Shown here: positions 60,883 through 64,000 of the stretch, in pieces
Layout of the letters: each line of letters opens with the position of its first letter
Position numbering within the stretch: position 1 is the stretch's first letter
Source: Pelomyxa schiedti
Lineage: Eukaryota > Protista > Evosea
Length of the DNA: 64,000 nucleotides
Direction of reading: 5' to 3'
Assembly: GCA_020536535.1 (NCBI GenBank)
Contig: JAHLWZ010000518.1
Coordinates: 1 to 64,000 of the forward strand
Notes under the pieces: generated by a model
What the model was told of the DNA's origin: nothing
The model's database searches: none
What the model saw: only the letters and a program-made list of their open reading frames with translations
Translations under genes and position numbers: made by a program

Positions 60883-63800
60883 TCAGGATCTGTGAGCCAG
60901 CCCGTGGGCAATATCGTTGAGGGTTTGGCTCTTTGCTGAAAGTGACTCGTTGATGAGCTGTGTGAATTTCTCTGTTGCCTGAAGATTGTCTAGGTTAACA
61001 CCAAGGGCACTGCGGAGGTACTCTATATCCGCTTCTGACTGCAATTCCGGTATTCCAGTGGAAAGCATCTGTTGAGAACAAAAGGTGGTTAGAAAATAAA
61101 GTCTGGATACGAGGCTGCTTTGTTTGTTGAAAGTGGCGCCTACCAAGCTGAACAATGATATAAACAAGTCTGTCTCGGTTCGAAGGAGACTGTAAGCATT
61201 ACAACAGGTTTCCTGTAGGGGGGGAATTTAGCAACCTCTTCTTGGCTGGGAGGTTAGTGAGTTGACAGTCAGTAACTTACTGTGAATTCGCGGAACATAG
61301 CACTTTCTTTGCCACCAAGAATATATGCATATTGTGGTGTAAACTTGAAAGGTGCACGTTCTCTTTTGACTCCAAACTTCGATTTTACCTAAATGTCTTT
61401 TGAACAACCGGCACTCCGAAGAAAATTGAGGAGTTACATGGCCAAGGAAGTGACCGAAGTCAATGTCTAGTATGGCAGTTGTTAGCTTTTGCCGAATAGA
61501 AGGAGAGTAATTTACGGAAAAATTGTCCTCTCTTAGTTATCATAACATTATCGGCATGTCTGTCCCCAATCCCAAGTACGTATCTATTGTTGCCAGAATG
61601 AATACATGCTAATGGGGGAAGAAGTAATAACACACGTTGCTACGCAGTAACCTGCGCATGAAAGCAAGAAGTTTTCAACTGCTTCTTTGTATGCTCCCGC
61701 TATTGGGACATCATCAATTTAAAAAGGTCAACTTTTTAAGTTAGCCATAGTTACGTACGCGTAGGGTTGTTTGCATGGAGCCATTCATCCATAGTACTGT
61801 CATTGAGAATTGCTGTTGTCCCTCCTGCTTTCTGTTTTGATGGGTGAGCGAACGAGCCAAGTTTACGATGAACACTGGCCTTATTTATATTCGCGTTTGT
61901 CGTGGAATTGAGAACGATTTCTATCATTCCTATCCCGTCACCTGTCGCCACACATCGGTATGGCTGCATTCGAAGGTCCATGTTTTGTTTTCGCCACATC
62001 TTTCAAAATATGAGAATTTTGCTTGGAGTAGAAAAAAAAAAAAAAAGACTGAAGCCATACCGAATCCATCAGTCTTATCATCTGGTATTGTTATATTGCT
62101 TAAGTTGATAGGCGTAACACATGAAAATGGCTACCTGAAGTGTTAAGATATCTTGGCGAAGATCATCACCCTCTTTGAAGAGGATATAGATAGTGGGTGC
62201 ACCTGGCTCATAGTTTTGGAAGGCAAGCCATAGCGGCAGCTGTATTTAGTCATGGTGACGTAAGGGAAAGTGTGCTCTAAGAGATCACGGAGGTACCTTT
62301 TTGGAGTCCATGTACTTACAGTTCTCCAGTATCAGACCGTTCACAGTGAACCTGCGAAATTTAGTGACAAGAAGAGATAAATGTGAACAAGTAAGTACCG
62401 GGGATCAATTGGGAGCTGAATGGGACCAGGAAACACAATCCTCGAGAGATTTTGACGTAGCATGCTCAGTCTGTTCTCCTTTGGAGTTACCTTCAGAAGC
62501 TTGGCGGTTGTTTCAAGCTCTTTCAGAAGATTGTGCTTTGAAGAAGTTAAAAAAAAAAAACCACGTCTCCAAAAAGCTATTTTAATTGCCTGTTTGACTA
62601 TCTCTTCTTTATATGTGCCGGAAGCCCTAATGAAAGCCTCCAGCAGAACTCCGTAGCGCTCGGAGATTGTGTCGATGTGCATTTCAGCCTTGGAGAAATA
62701 AGGAAGCATTGGAAAGAAACGAAGTGTACCCGCAGACACCAGTAGAACATGTGACCAATTTTGTTTGTATTAGCAAGCGCACGTTGGAGGAGAAAACGGG
62801 CCAAACATGAATCGTGACTTCTCTCGTATTTCAGCACCTTTGGTTTGGGGGGGTGAGAATTTGTGAAGAGAGAGGTGTGTGGTCCAACAAAACCTGTGTC
62901 AGTTGAAGCAAAAAATCGGAAACTTCCGCGTCAGTCAGGCCGCTCAAGCAATTAACGGCATACTTTCTGGCGTCCTCATCTGCGAACCGTGCATCCAATA
63001 GCTCAAGTGCATGAGTTGGTTTGAGAAGTGGCCAGGAGAGAAGCAATTTATGGGCTGTTACGACATGGGAAGGGTTGTTCCAGTCCGCACTCCTTAAAAG
63101 TTTTGGCAAAGCTCTTGGCTTGGATTTATGGCTTTCACGAGTTTGCCACAGAAGGGCACGTGCTTCTTTGCTGAGGGATACAAGAGGATCTAGACTACCA
63201 ATAAGAGATAACGCACATTCGTAGTGAACATACCCAAATGAAAAATGTCCTTAAGGAGACGAAGTTGGGAAGGATCAAGAGGTGGACACACATCTGGTGT
63301 TCCTTCAGTATCAGGGAGAGAAAATACTACACGGTTCCTAAACTGTTCAAATTCAACTTCAATAAGAGCCGGGTTTGCGCTAATGGTATTTTCCACACAA
63401 GTTCCTGTCATAAGTTAAGTAGAGCTGAGGCCAATAATCGATCTTTCCTCATACCAATTGGGTTGGGAGCACCTTCCCACATCTTATATCTGTGCCGACC
63501 AGAAATAAGTTCAAGTTTGTGGTTATAAAGCTGGCATCCAAACCATCCAAGTGCCACATCTTTTCTGATTTAGGGTAAGTACTGGGTAGGTGATAGTGGA
63601 AAGTCTCACGAGTCGATTCTTGTGGGGGTTGTTCCCACGGTTTCTTGTGTGGCGAAAACACCAAAACAAATTCTTGCTTCCTACAATTGGAATTAATACA
63701 AAATAACATGAAACTGCAAATCGTGCCACCTTGGGAATGCACTTGATGGAAATAGAAAATGGTGTAAAGAGGCCCCACCCTAAGTAGTGACAGCAAGTAT

Positions 63801-64000
63801 CTTGATATGTTACAACAGGAGTAAAAATTTGTTGTGCAATAGGACTGCCACCATGATAGCTGTGGAACAAATAAGTTATATTGTGATTACACTAGGAATA
63901 TACAGTGATGCTGTTGCATATATATTATATACAGAGGGTACTGGGTTTTGTTTTCCCTTGTCGTCGTAGGTAATGGGCCATTTGAGATTAAGAGTTGAAA
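60883..64000 (-). CDS. Class I phosphatidylinositol 3-kinase catalytic subunit (C2, helical and kinase domains; 5' end beyond the window)
   Basis: 'ALELLDARFAD...AVNCL', 'QLTQVLKYE', 'MDSKK', 'FKEGDDLRQD', '[20 protein letters not shown]', 'HIDFGHFLG', 'RERAPF', 'MLSTGIPEL'. Confidence 0.95.

Overview
This is eukaryotic genomic DNA from a compact, gene-dense protist. Genes are broken by many short (about 40-60 nt) GT-AG introns, so the ORF track shows only fragments; I reassembled genes by hand-splicing. Lineage-specific families (e.g. 'ARDQFIA...EIGRNWVM') recall the anaerobic archamoeba Pelomyxa, which is recollection and not verified. About 20 protein-coding genes, in order: Crinkler-like REase+kinase, BUD31 (cut by a 100-N gap), bacterial-type SplB-like radical SAM enzyme, NMNAT, Schlafen (AlbA_2)-NB-ARC/STAND NLR-like fusion, receptor-type adenylyl cyclase, intronless atypical kinase, coiled-coil protein, CDC73, expanded-family protein, EamA transporter, EPG5, divergent PCNA-like clamp, S28 peptidase, TMEM245-like protein, BET-type bromodomain protein, methyltransferase fusion, small beta-rich protein, GT2-like enzyme, tandem discoidin protein, taspase-1 and the 3' part of a class I PI3K. 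There are also pseudogene relics and two inverted repeats. The best candidate for an undescribed system is the Schlafen-ribonuclease/STAND-NTPase fusion (10281-14697). Next are the intron-containing prokaryote-type radical SAM gene and the K164-less PCNA paralog. No rRNA, tRNA, CRISPR or intact transposon was recognised.
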